A DNA stretch of 64,000 nt from Marsupella aquatica (lineage: Eukaryota; Plantae; Marchantiophyta), in NCBI GenBank assembly GCA_973895155.1, contig OZ316894.1:1938457-2002456 (forward strand). Reading direction: 5' to 3'. The position numbers were made by a program, and so were the translations under genes. Shown in pieces: positions 27,653 to 38,316 of this stretch. Each line of letters starts with the position of its first letter. Position 1 is the stretch's first letter. Below the pieces are notes generated by a model. The model was not told the origin of the DNA, did not search any database, and saw only the letters and a program-made list of their open reading frames with translations.

Positions 27653-30600
27653 TCACGTGCTGAAAGACCCAAATTCATCTAGAAGGTTATCTCCTAGTTG
27701 GTTTTGGATGTCCAAATTTATCCCTCCGGGAAGGGTCTCAACAAGAGCTGGCTCAGACCAAACTGGCACTAATTTAAACTTATCCATCCTATACTTTCTA
27801 GATCGAATAATCTTCTCAGACTGCTCTATAGAGACTTGTTGACCTTTTGACGGTCCATCAGTCCAAACATAATGAGTAGCACTTGCTTTGAGTGATTTGT
27901 AACCAGTTCTACCGATTTCAGTCCCCGGTTTCCTAACAAAAGGGAGAATTACGGGGCTTCCAGTAGAAGAATCTGTGAAAACAAGCTTATTCTCTGAAGC
28001 GCAAAACATTTGGTCCAAGGGAGAGGACGATGCACCTGCCTCGTCCTGAGGGGGAGTATGGAAGCCACTAGCTTTCTTAGTAGAGAAAATCTCATCCAGT
28101 TGAGGAGGGCTTGGAATTGGTTGGCTAACTGCATCCTGCAGGGTGGATTCCCAGCCAACATCCAAGGTTGAAGACTGTTGTTCACGTTGTGCATCCCCAA
28201 GGCCACCCGATGAAGGAACACTTGGAACATCGAGATCATCTCGAGCATCATTTCCAAATTCAGGGAGTATTTCACCCTCCTCTTCCATGTAGCTTGTAAT
28301 TTTCGGGCCCTCCGTTTTGCGATGCTCTAAATTCTCCGCAAATACTTCCTCATAAACACTGGCTTCCACTGGAGCTATGTCTGCGGCCGCCTCTTCTATA
28401 AGAACGAGGGGACCAGCAGTAATTTCCTCAGATGGTAACGGCTCCTTGGGTGGCACATATAAAACTTGCTTGTTGTCATGAAGGAGCTGAGCAAAGGCTT
28501 CAGTGAATTCCATCTCTTGAGCTGTGTCCGAATACACAAAACAATCCCGACCAAGAATGACACAAGCTTTCAATGTCTGTCCTCCAGAGAAGAAATCCAA
28601 CACTGTATGACCTGGGCACGAGAAATAATCAACAAGACGCTTTGTCATTCGCAAAGGCTTTGCTCTCGGATTTACAAAGCCACCACGCCGACCGACCATC
28701 TCATAAGATGGGGCCATCTTCTCCAAAACTTCGACATCAACAGTGGATTCATCGAGCTTCTCTTTCCCCTTTGATTGGTCTTTGTTGTTCCCAGTAGGGG
28801 CCTTCAAAGGCAAGACTGTGAAGTCTTTGTCCCACTTCTCACTGTAGTTCCAGAACGCATAAAAGTCATCAAAGAAAATTTGGGACCAGTCTGGTTCCTC
28901 TTCACAACAAATTCCCCCAAAGATGATTGAGTCCCGAGCTCCAATGAGAAAATCTCCCTCCTCCTTGGGCACCTGATCACGGTAGTAGCTCCCGTACTCC
29001 AGCTTCATGTGCACTTTCTTCTCACGACGAATCTTTTCAAAGGCACTCTGAATCTGGCCTATCAATGGGCCTTGACGGACAAAAAAGATTACTAAGACCT
29101 CCTTCAAGTTCGCCATCTGCAAGCAATACTCCAGCAAGACAAAAATTTCGGCATCTGTCCACTGCCGTTGTCGAATACGACCAAAATTGACAATGGAGAG
29201 TGGACACGTCCTTTGCACCGAGTCAACAACCTCAGGCTTCATTGTCCTCATCAAATTATCGCTAAAAAATGTGCGATAAGGAGTATCCTCCATTGAAGGC
29301 AATCCGCCAAATACCTTGCAATATATCTGCTCAAGCCTCACAATGAGACTTTGCGGAAATGGGTCTTTTGGCCTATTTCTTTTTAGGAGGTTGGAAATCC
29401 AAACCTCTCCAGCAAGTTGTCTAAGTTTGGGCAACTCACCACGATCCATAAATGCAGGCAACAATTGAGTTAGCTCAAACCAAGTGAGTGAATTGGTAAA
29501 CCGATCCGAATACTTCAAAATGAAGTACTCCACAATTTTTACCCTCAGCTTGGTCATGACTTTGAAAGTATGAGCCATATCACTCATTGATTGAATATCA
29601 GATTTGTTGGCTTGGTCTTTCTTCAATAAAACCTTCTGTTGTTGAACGGCAGTAAAAACTTTCAGAATGTCGTCATTACTCAGGTCTCCTTCAAAGCATC
29701 TAAACAATGCCGGCGTAATCATTTTTGTTGTCCGGGCTTTCCCGTTTATTTTTGAACCTAACTCCCCTAGACCATCCGGAAGAAGTCCCTTGACCCAATC
29801 GATGCACATTTGTCTCCAAGTTCGGAAGAGGTTCTCATCCGAAAACAACAACCAAAAAATATTCCTCAGATCGGATTTTCCAGTCGTTATTTTGGCAAGG
29901 GCCATAAAATCCTGGTCCAAACAGTACAAAACAAATCTGAGGCTCGAGACGATCTCGAGGTAGAATTAAGGAACTATGATAAAATTTATGGGGAATACAT
30001 GAAGATAAATCAAATACAGAAACTTGACCTTGAGGCTCGAGACAATCTCGAGCTCGAAGTGGATTTGAGTTCAAATATACCTAGAACTTTTGATGATCCG
30101 TTAGTCTATTGGACCCAATCACGGGTCTCTCCGGACGGCCACACTCGTCAAACTGTCGACGCGCATGGACCATAGTATCAAGAAAACAGGACTCATACTC
30201 CATTGTCTTATTAACAGCATTTGCCCTTTGTGAGTGTTGAGCAAGTATTGTCCTTGGAGTTCTGTCCGAAAGAATTCGTGACTTTCGATATTGCAGACTC
30301 TTCGCGACCTCCTTCAACTTTGCATCGCTCTTAGCCCAACCTATGATCCAAACAGCTACTTTTGCCGAGTGTTGTCCACTGATTGCAAGGAACTGCACCT
30401 TCTTATTCTTAACACCCCACTCAAACTCCTTTCGATCCTCAGCAGTATTCTCATAATGGAGCAACTGCAAACTCTCTCTTGAATACGGAATTAAATCACC
30501 ACAGCTGGTACCATTCCAGGGTTTCTAACCATGGATTTTGCGACCTCCATGGCATGGTCTTTATTGAACATCCTATAAACCAAAACTGCAGATGGCGAAT

Positions 30601-32573
30601 CTATACTGGTGACAGGAATGTCAAAAGTTTCATTCATGCCAAATGTGTAATACTCCTCAATCTCCTTAAGAACTTCGGCTCCTTCCTTAACGCTCTTTTC
30701 TCCCGGAGCATCTCCTGGAGTGCCATCATCATCGGTATGTGCATTCACACCCGAGGAAGATGCCGGAATGAGATCTACCTTGGGCGATGCGGACTTTTTT
30801 GGCGGATGAGCCTTCTTCGATTTAATTTTGGGTTTGTCAACCCTCTTCCTCTTTTGAGACACCTTCGCTTCATTTTTGTCCGAACCGGAGGTCTTGTCTC
30901 TTGCAGCTACGGATTTTACTTTACCTGTTTGTCTCCGATGAGACAACACCCACTTTTTACAAGCATCCTGGTCAAATTCTCCTGCTCCGAACACAAAATC
31001 AGGGGATATAGATTCAAACTCCCCCAATTTGGATTCCAACATTAGTCTCAAAACCTTCCACGTGAAAGGAGTCGTGAATGCATCATCGCGATCAAGCCCA
31101 TACTTCCGACAATAAAGGAATCCAAAAATTATGTCCGCTCCAGATATAGGAGTATCTTCTAGCAAATTACTTGTAGTGAAACCCTCGGGGAAGAAACCCA
31201 TTGATATCACGCTCAGTTGTTTCCTGGCTGCACGTTCAATGTTAAGATCGCAAGAGTAGTTTTTGGCGTGAAGTCTAATTAGAGCCCACTTCCCTGTTTC
31301 GTGGTTCTCCACCGTCAAAACCATGTCCTTACCGTTACTCGTCACAATAGAAACAACAGGCCCTAGAAGGTTGCACACCAGAGGATCGATTGATGGAGAC
31401 CTCGTCTTCACACAAATAATAGTTCCTTCCATGTCTTCAGTTTCAGCAAGCTCAATGGCCCAACAGAATCCAAATAAACTCTGTCCAGGGCAGGAAATCT
31501 CAATTGCATGTTCATCTTCGACTACCAGATTAGGCGATCCCAATTTCGCACCTGTACAGCAAAAATGTAGCAATTGTCAGGAACATGTACTACAAAACCA
31601 AGAAACAAATAGGTGGCTCGAGATGATCTCGATCTTCAGTTTACTATTCAGACATGTTCCAATGCCATTTCATCCGTGGAATTTAAAAAGAGATTTCAAA
31701 CCCAAGAATCCCAGGAAACACAATAGGCTCGAGATGATCTCGAGCCACCATCTGTTTAAAAGAAAAAGATAAGGGCTCGAGATGATCTAGATCCACATAT
31801 ATATCAGTTGAGGCTTTATTCCAACTAGTCCAAAAGGCAAGCTTGGATCACATTGAAAAGGATATTAGTAATTGAAGTAGACAACAAGGAGTCCTTCCAA
31901 CTGGAAGAAATTGGCCAAGGGAGACGAATGAACATAAGGGAAGACGGTGTGGGATATATTCGGCTCGAGACGATCTCGAGCCTAACATATCAAATGAGTG
32001 ATCTGAATATCATATTCAACAATTAACATCATATTCAATCAACGATAAAAAATCCACTTTCTCCATTAACTTCGGATACCCACAAACCCGTTCGGATGTC
32101 AATGATCAGAACGAGTTGGAGGGCACAGAAGTCCCTGGAGGAAGGAAATTTTAGATATTTTGGATATGATGTTCAATTTTGAAGGGTAAGGGTTTCCAAC
32201 TTGAAGAAATCTCACTAGGTCACATGAAGGAATTGCATATTGGCTCGAGATGATCTCGAGCCTCATGCCACTTACATCAAATGCAAAATCAATTAATAGA
32301 TCACAACTTTTGAAACAAAGTATTGGAGAAAACATCAATAGGCTCGAGATCATCTCGAGCCTCAACGGCATCCAAGGAATCCAAAAACAAGTGGACCAAT
32401 TGAAGCTCGAGACGATCTCGAGTTAAACCTGAACAGAACAAAGATGAAGAATTACGTTTAATGGTGCGATGGATCTGATGTGCTGAGTCTAGATGGGTCT
32501 GGAGCTCTTTGCCAACGGTTGCAAGGTTGTACTCAGCGAAGTCCTCCTTGGAGAAATCTACAACAGTCGACAT
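27653..32573 (-). pseudogene. Transposon-borne spliced gene, ParB-like domain + beta-class N4C/N6A DNA methyltransferase-like domain; exons ~32573-32456, 31551-30081 (frameshift near 30500, TAG at 30083-30081), 29911-27653
   Basis: The splice junctions are in phase (AAA C|GT GCG and TTC TAG|gt...ag|GAT TTT). ParB-like segment: FDIPVTSID..YRMFNKDHAMEVAKSM..PAV-DLIP..FLAISGQHSAKVA. MTase-like segment: NPRAKPLRMTKRLVDYFSCPGHTVLDFFSGGQTLKACVILGRDC. One frameshift and one in-frame stop interrupt it. Confidence 0.65.
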
Positions 32574-33721
32574 GGCTGGTGATGAGAGGAACGTACTACG
32601 GGCTGAGAACTTAAAACAAATCTCGAGCCTAAAAAGAAAATCTCGACCCTATCAAAGCTCGAGCCTAAACACAAAATCTTGACCCTATAAAATCTCGAGG
32701 AAAAAACCTAATCTCGATCCTCTGCAATCTCAAGGCTAATAGAAGGATCTCGAGGCAAGAGCGCGAAACGATCTAGAGGCAAGGAGGCAAGGGACGCGAG
32801 GAGGCGAAGAGGCAAAGAGGCGAGGAGGCAAATGTGAAAATGGGGAGTTCAAAACCCCTGAAGCCACTATAAGCCCCTCGGGGGTCGGCCTTGGCCGTGC
32901 CAAGCGTGCCAGGGCTCGTGCAGGCTCAGGCAGGCTGCCACGCAACCTACTGAGTGCGTACAGTCATTATTACGGTCACACGTGTTGTCATTATTGTTAT
33001 CCGTACTTCAGCCCTGCCGCAAGTTTAGCCGTGACACAAGTTCAACCATTCCGTCTTATTGCCCTTTTTGTCTGTCAGGGTTTTATATATTGCTTCTCCT
33101 TGCTCTTCAGCGGGTCATTCTTCTCATTTCGTTTCACCGCTCGCTCGTTTCTTCCTCTGCCTCTCTGCTCTCTCTCCCTCTCCCTCTCCCTCTCTCTGGC
33201 TCTAGATTTGTGCTCTGATCTCTTTCTGTTGTTCTTTTCAAGGGTTTTGGAGTCTATGTTTGTGTTTAGGATATTTTGAGAAATTGTCATTTTAAGCCCC
33301 GAAGGAGGTCTAAAATAATTGAGCTCCTATCTTTTAGAAAACCGAACCTTTTCAGCTTATACTAATGTCGGTCAAAATCCATTTGGAAGCCTTTTCCCTC
33401 TATTTGATGGCCTTTTAGAAGCTTTTTCTCAGTGTCTGGAAGTAAACTGGGAGCCTACTTTCTTAATTGCACCAAATCATTCCTCTAGATCATCTAGAGC
33501 CATTTATATGTTCTTATTTTGGGTGGCTTATTATTCCTAATAGTTTCTTTGTCAAATACAATGTCCTTTTTGGCTCGAGATCATCTCGAGTCATAAGTTT
33601 GGTCCTCAAACTTATTCACTTTCCCCTTCTTTCTAATGGTGCATTTGGTTTTCCTTCTTATAATAAATGTTTTTAGAGTGTCGGAGGTATAGAATCTTAG
33701 TTCGATATTCAGTGAGATTCA

Positions 33722-33950
33722 TATTTTACCTCGAGATCGTCTCGAGCTAAATACTTCTGAATTTTTACATATTGGTGTTTTTGGTCCCTTTTCTACCTCG
33801 AGATCGTCTCGAGCTAAATACTTCTAAATTTTTACATATTGGTTGTTTTGGTCCCTCTTCTACCTCGAGATCGTCTCAAGCTAAATACTTCTGAATTTTG
33901 ACGTATTGGTGTTTTTGTCCCTCTTCTACCTCGAGATCGTCTCGAGGTAG
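33722..33950. repeat. 67-bp tandem repeat (~3.4 copies), each unit carrying the palindrome
   Basis: tacctcgagatcgtctcgagctaaatacttctgaatttttacatattggtgtttttggtccct repeats at a period of 67/67/66. Confidence 0.9.
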
Positions 33951-34078
33951 AAGAGCTTCTTATTTTCTCTATCACACAATTTTGTGGGATAAACTTCTAC
34001 ACTTGGGTTTTTGTAGTCACTTTACCTCGAGATCATCTCGAGGTAACTACATCCAACGGTTTGGGCCACATTTTCAAA

Positions 34079-37000
34079 ATGGGGAGTTTCTCTCGAGGGG
34101 ACAAGGTGTGCCTCGTAATCGACGGAGTGGAAGTTGCTTGTGGGACGGTCCTCAAGGTTGACCCGGGTGACTCAGTGCGTAATGTTGATTTGGGAAGTAA
34201 TCGTATAGGAGTTCTCATTGAGAAGTGCTATGAGGGATCACGGGAAATTCCTTACCCTTTGCCGCCGATCAGGACCCTGTTTGATGCTGTCGACTCTTGC
34301 ATTATTTGGGATGCCCCTTTTGCATATTTGAAGTCACAGTCAACTCCAGCGACAACGAAAATGGATGCCTCCTGTTCTACAAAGGATACGGTTCCGGGTT
34401 TTGTACCAGAGAAATCGTCGGTGGAAAGTTTTGGAGACTCGATTGTATCTGGCGATGAAGTCGAGGTCTGGATCGGCAATCAGATTGTGGCTCGTGGATT
34501 TGTGTTCAAGACGAATCCCAATGAGACATGTCACAATGAAAGACTTGGCACTTCTAGGATTAGTGTGAAAATATGTGAAGTTTTTCAAGGAAGGGAGAGG
34601 TTACCCTTTCCTCACAATGGAGCCGATACTGTTCAGGAAGCATTGGATACTTTTGTATTGTGGAATTTAAAGGATGTTACTCGGAGGAGTTCTTCCCGGG
34701 ATATGCTAAACAACCTGTCCAGACAGGATGTTTTTTCAAATTATAATTTCAAGGATTATAGTTTGCGTTCTAATTGGATGACCGAGGAGGTGGAATTGTA
34801 TGCTGAGGATAATCGGACCAAAGTGGGGGTTGGCATCATCACAGTTCCTTTCGAGTCAGGTGCAATTGATGATGATGTTCTTGGACCAGATCACGTTGGG
34901 GTTGCTGTCACACGCGTGATTGACCCTCTATTTTTCCCAAATATCTCCCCGGGAGTGCCTGGTCTTGTTAAGTGGGCCGTCCGTTCACTTTTGCTGATAT
35001 CAAGGGGTATTTTTCTTCTGGATCTCATTGAAGAGGTTTCTCCGAAACCAATTATTGATGGTCGAGATCATCTAGAGGTAGATATGAAAGGTGACACTGA
35101 GTTTTTGAAGCGCCCGTATAATTTCATCAAGAGAACAAAGGTCAACCCAGATGAAAAAAGGAAGAAGCACTTGGAGTCTCGGGCGATACTGAAAATCACA
35201 GAGGAGGAAATCGACTCCATCCAAAGAGAAGGTTGTTGTAAGTTGAAGTGTTGCCTCAGCATGCCGAGAGAAGACCTACAGGAGATAAGGAGGGAATACC
35301 ATGGGATGTCAAGCGACAACAAAACCAGTCACATTCTCACTCTTTTTGGCTGTAGGGAGAAGGAAGTGGAGACAAAAGGATATTTTGTTGTAAGAAGTAG
35401 ACTTGTTTGCAAGGGTGCATTTATTAAAATGCATGGATTCAGCACTGCCAAGTATTATGATTACAAAAATCAATATGAAGCAGGTTGCACGGTTGGATTC
35501 CACGGAAACAAGGGTTCACACAAGACACGGGGAAGCACCTTGCATGCTCGTGCTTTGTTGGAGTCCATTCTAACCCAAAACGGAGAACCCATGCCGCATC
35601 TTCCCTATGGAGGGTCTCACGGGACTGACACGGTTGAGTACAGACTTCCATCTTGTTTCACGAAGAAAGAGATTTTTGAGGAGGTATACTCAAAAATGGA
35701 ATTAGATGGCTACGTGAAGGTGAGTGAAAACACTATGTATAAACTCTGGAGTGAGTCCTTCATGAATTTTGACTTTCACAAGGGAAGTGCATTTGCAAAG
35801 TGTACACTTTGCACTGAGTTCAAAGATCAGTTGATGCGGGAGAAGAGAAAGAAAGAGCGTTTAGAGATTGAGGAAAGAAGAGCTCGCCATCTTCGTGAGC
35901 AAATGTCTAGGAGATATGTTTACTATGCTCATAGGGTTCTTGCGAAGAAGGATCCTGAGAACTATCTTTGCATTATACATGACAAGATGGACCAGGCCAA
36001 GACATGGATCCCTAGGTTGGTCCCCACTCCTAAATCATTGTCTGGTAGTGGTCAACCGCTCCCCATTGCGCTCACTGGGATGTTGACCCATGGAAGGGAT
36101 CCCGGAGTGTATGCTCACTTCAGTTTTACTGGGCTTTGGCCAGGAGATGCAGACTTCACAGTGACATCATTGGCCAAGTGCCTTAGAGATCTGGAGGATT
36201 ACAAGGGGGACAAATCTGGAGACCTCCTTGAAGGATTATATTGGGCTGCAACGAGGCCAATTTTTCAATCTCTTTTGGACTTTGAAGCATTTCTCGCAGG
36301 TTACTTAGAACCCAAAAAAGTCTCAATTGCTAGATTTCAAGGAGCTGAAGATGACCAAGACGACTTTGGTGTTGATCCCAAGGCTACGTCTACCTCTTTC
36401 AAACCATTGCCAAGGCACCTGACCTTGCAAATGGATAATTCAGGGAAAGATAACAAAAACCAGTACGTGATGGCATTTTGCAGTGAGCTTGTTAGTAGAG
36501 GGGTTTTTGAAACAGTGCAGATGTCGTTTCTCATGGTTGGTCACACCCATGAGGATGTCGATGCATTGTTTTCAAAAGTATCCAACCAAGTGAAGTACAA
36601 GGAGGTTTCTACCCTCTTGGGGTTGATGGCTGAGGTTTGGGAGTGTGAAAGCATTCATCCTGTGCCACGGTTGATCCAAGAGGTTGCAGCTTACAAAGAG
36701 TTTTTGAAAACTTTCAAGGTAAAAGACATAGAGGGTCACTCAAAACCAGTGGCATTTCTTTTCTCTATGAGAGATAATGTTCCAATATATCAATACAAAG
36801 CACATGTGAAACAACCTTGGTACCCTCCAACCGGAAGGTCCATTTGGAGAACTGATTCCAGCACCAATGCTCTCATTTTACCAGAAGGTCAACCGTTTGC
36901 AAAACCCATCTCCGGGGATGTACGAGGCAAGGTTGAAGAAATCATCCCATTCCTTAATCGTTACATTGAGTTTTTGAAGAAGAGCTGTAAGGATGAGACC

Positions 37001-37768
37001 TCTACAGCATATCGTGAGCGGTTTCCTTTGGTGAAATATTGGGAGATGGTGGTGCAAGTATTATCTGGGGAGCTTACAATTGAAGGGGAGGCAGAAATAC
37101 AGTTAGCATTGACATATGAATTCTGGCCAAAAACCAACCACGGAACTGGTTACAAGGTTAATAGTACAGGAACCTCTGAACCATTGGGGGAGCCTAGTAG
37201 TAGTACACAGAATCCACAAATGGTGGAGCTTCAGAATGAGTACCTGGAAGAGATGGAGGATCAAGCTGCAACATTTGTTGGTGCTCGACACGAGCGAGAA
37301 CTTGCACGTTGGATTCCTCTGCAGGACATTCAAGAGGGTCACTTTGTATTTCTCCGTCCAGAGGATGAATGGGAAAAGAAGAATGGGAAAGAACGTTTCT
37401 GGTTGGTGAGAGCTTTGGGTGTTGTGGACCCAAACCATGAGGTTCCTTCAGAAGACTTGCAATGCAATGAGAATTCTCCTACTAGTACACGGTATGCTCC
37501 TATGTTCCAAGTGCAATGGTGGAGGCCTAAACATGGTAAGCATGATGCACCGGATCATGTGCGATATTCACGTTGCTTTCAGACCACTAAGACTTGGGAG
37601 GTGGATCCTGGGTTTGACAATGCCACTGAACGTTGGCAATTTGCTAATTCTGCTATGTATGGATTCAAGTCACGCTCTAGAGAAGAAAATATAATTGATA
37701 GAGGTTTGACCATTCCCAAGAATGTTTTGAAAACACTCAAAACCTACATGGAAGGGATTGTTGAGTAA
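34079..37768 (+). CDS. Sola-like DDD transposase (~1230 aa) with three N-terminal Tnp1/En-Spm-like repeats and a C-terminal BAH/Tudor-like segment
   Basis: Uninterrupted ORF inside the TIRs. Cys motifs GCCKLKCC, VCKGAFIKMHGFS and KCTLC. Putative catalytic motifs IIHDKMDQAK, LTLQMDNSGKDNKNQY and FLMVGHTHEDVDALFS match the DNxxxxNKN...GH pattern I associate with Sola1-type RNase-H-fold transposases. Confidence 0.8.
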   Translation: MGSFSRGDKVCLVIDGVEVACGTVLKVDPGDSVRNVDLGSNRIGVLIEKCYEGSREIPYPLPPIRTLFDAVDSCIIWDAPFAYLKSQSTPATTKMDASCSTKDTVPGFVPEKSSVESFGDSIVSGDEVEVWIGNQIVARGFVFKTNPNETCHNERLGTSRISVKICEVFQGRERLPFPHNGADTVQEALDTFVLWNLKDVTRRSSSRDMLNNLSRQDVFSNYNFKDYSLRSNWMTEEVELYAEDNRTKVGVGIITVPFESGAIDDDVLGPDHVGVAVTRVIDPLFFPNISPGVPGLVKWAVRSLLLISRGIFLLDLIEEVSPKPIIDGRDHLEVDMKGDTEFLKRPYNFIKRTKVNPDEKRKKHLESRAILKITEEEIDSIQREGCCKLKCCLSMPREDLQEIRREYHGMSSDNKTSHILTLFGCREKEVETKGYFVVRSRLVCKGAFIKMHGFSTAKYYDYKNQYEAGCTVGFHGNKGSHKTRGSTLHARALLESILTQNGEPMPHLPYGGSHGTDTVEYRLPSCFTKKEIFEEVYSKMELDGYVKVSENTMYKLWSESFMNFDFHKGSAFAKCTLCTEFKDQLMREKRKKERLEIEERRARHLREQMSRRYVYYAHRVLAKKDPENYLCIIHDKMDQAKTWIPRLVPTPKSLSGSGQPLPIALTGMLTHGRDPGVYAHFSFTGLWPGDADFTVTSLAKCLRDLEDYKGDKSGDLLEGLYWAATRPIFQSLLDFEAFLAGYLEPKKVSIARFQGAEDDQDDFGVDPKATSTSFKPLPRHLTLQMDNSGKDNKNQYVMAFCSELVSRGVFETVQMSFLMVGHTHEDVDALFSKVSNQVKYKEVSTLLGLMAEVWECESIHPVPRLIQEVAAYKEFLKTFKVKDIEGHSKPVAFLFSMRDNVPIYQYKAHVKQPWYPPTGRSIWRTDSSTNALILPEGQPFAKPISGDVRGKVEEIIPFLNRYIEFLKKSCKDETSTAYRERFPLVKYWEMVVQVLSGELTIEGEAEIQLALTYEFWPKTNHGTGYKVNSTGTSEPLGEPSSSTQNPQMVELQNEYLEEMEDQAATFVGARHERELARWIPLQDIQEGHFVFLRPEDEWEKKNGKERFWLVRALGVVDPNHEVPSEDLQCNENSPTSTRYAPMFQVQWWRPKHGKHDAPDHVRYSRCFQTTKTWEVDPGFDNATERWQFANSAMYGFKSRSREENIIDRGLTIPKNVLKTLKTYMEGIVE

Positions 37769-38212
37769 GTCAAATGTTTTTTAGTAGTCACTCTGTCAGA
37801 GTGAGGGAGTCTAGTATGTCAATTAGTTTGGAATTAGACATGTCAGAGTGAGGGAGTCTATGTCAATTAGTTTGGAATCAGACATGTCTTTAGTACTTAC
37901 TGAGTGTTGGTTAGTACTAAGTACTAGTATATCTATTTAAGGAACTAATTATTATAATATTTTGGGATACTAGTTTGAATAGGTGGAGGTAATTGGACTT
38001 GGATACCTTTATAATTGCTTCAATTAATTATTATATCAATACAGACTATATATTACATGAAGTCTTAATATCCATGATAGGATGTGAGTGCCTCTTAGTA
38101 CTGTCTAGTAAACCTTAGTTTCAACTCGAGTTGCTTAGAATGTACTAACAAATTACTTGTCTGAATGGATATTTAAACTAAACCCTAAGTAGAAGGTTAA
38201 TTTAGCTAGCTA

Positions 38213-38316
38213 AGGGTAGAGATCATATTGAAGCTTTACTAGTTATATGGGTAGAGATCATATTATTTGAAGCTTTACTAGTTATATGGGTAGAGATCAT
38301 ATTGAAGCTTTACTAG
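38213..38316. repeat. 35-40 bp tandem repeat x3 in the transposon 3' region
   Basis: gggtagagatcatattgaagctttactag(ttatat) is repeated. Confidence 0.8.

Larger units (their letters stand above)
26313..35077. repeat. Dispersed 17-bp interrupted palindrome CTCGAGA-N3-TCTCGAG, about 20 copies within the transposon
   Basis: Copies start at about 26313, 27435, 28229, 29943, 30036, 31617, 31728, 31776, 31964, 32244, 32343, 32406, 33483, 33574, 33730, 33797, 33864, 33930, 34026 and 35061. Half-sites cluster at 32620-32780. Confidence 0.9.

Noticed and set aside
27487-27700. Splicing the MTase-like exon onto the phosphatase exons to give one fusion protein
   Set aside because: The candidate donor AC|gtgagg at ~27656 is phase 2, while the nearby acceptors are phase 1. 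I could not join them in frame, so the genes are left separate; the question is unresolved without RNA-seq.
33722-34045. Regularly spaced palindromic repeats that look like a CRISPR array
   Set aside because: The intervening sequences are near-identical (tandem duplication, not unique spacers), there are no cas genes, and the context is eukaryotic.
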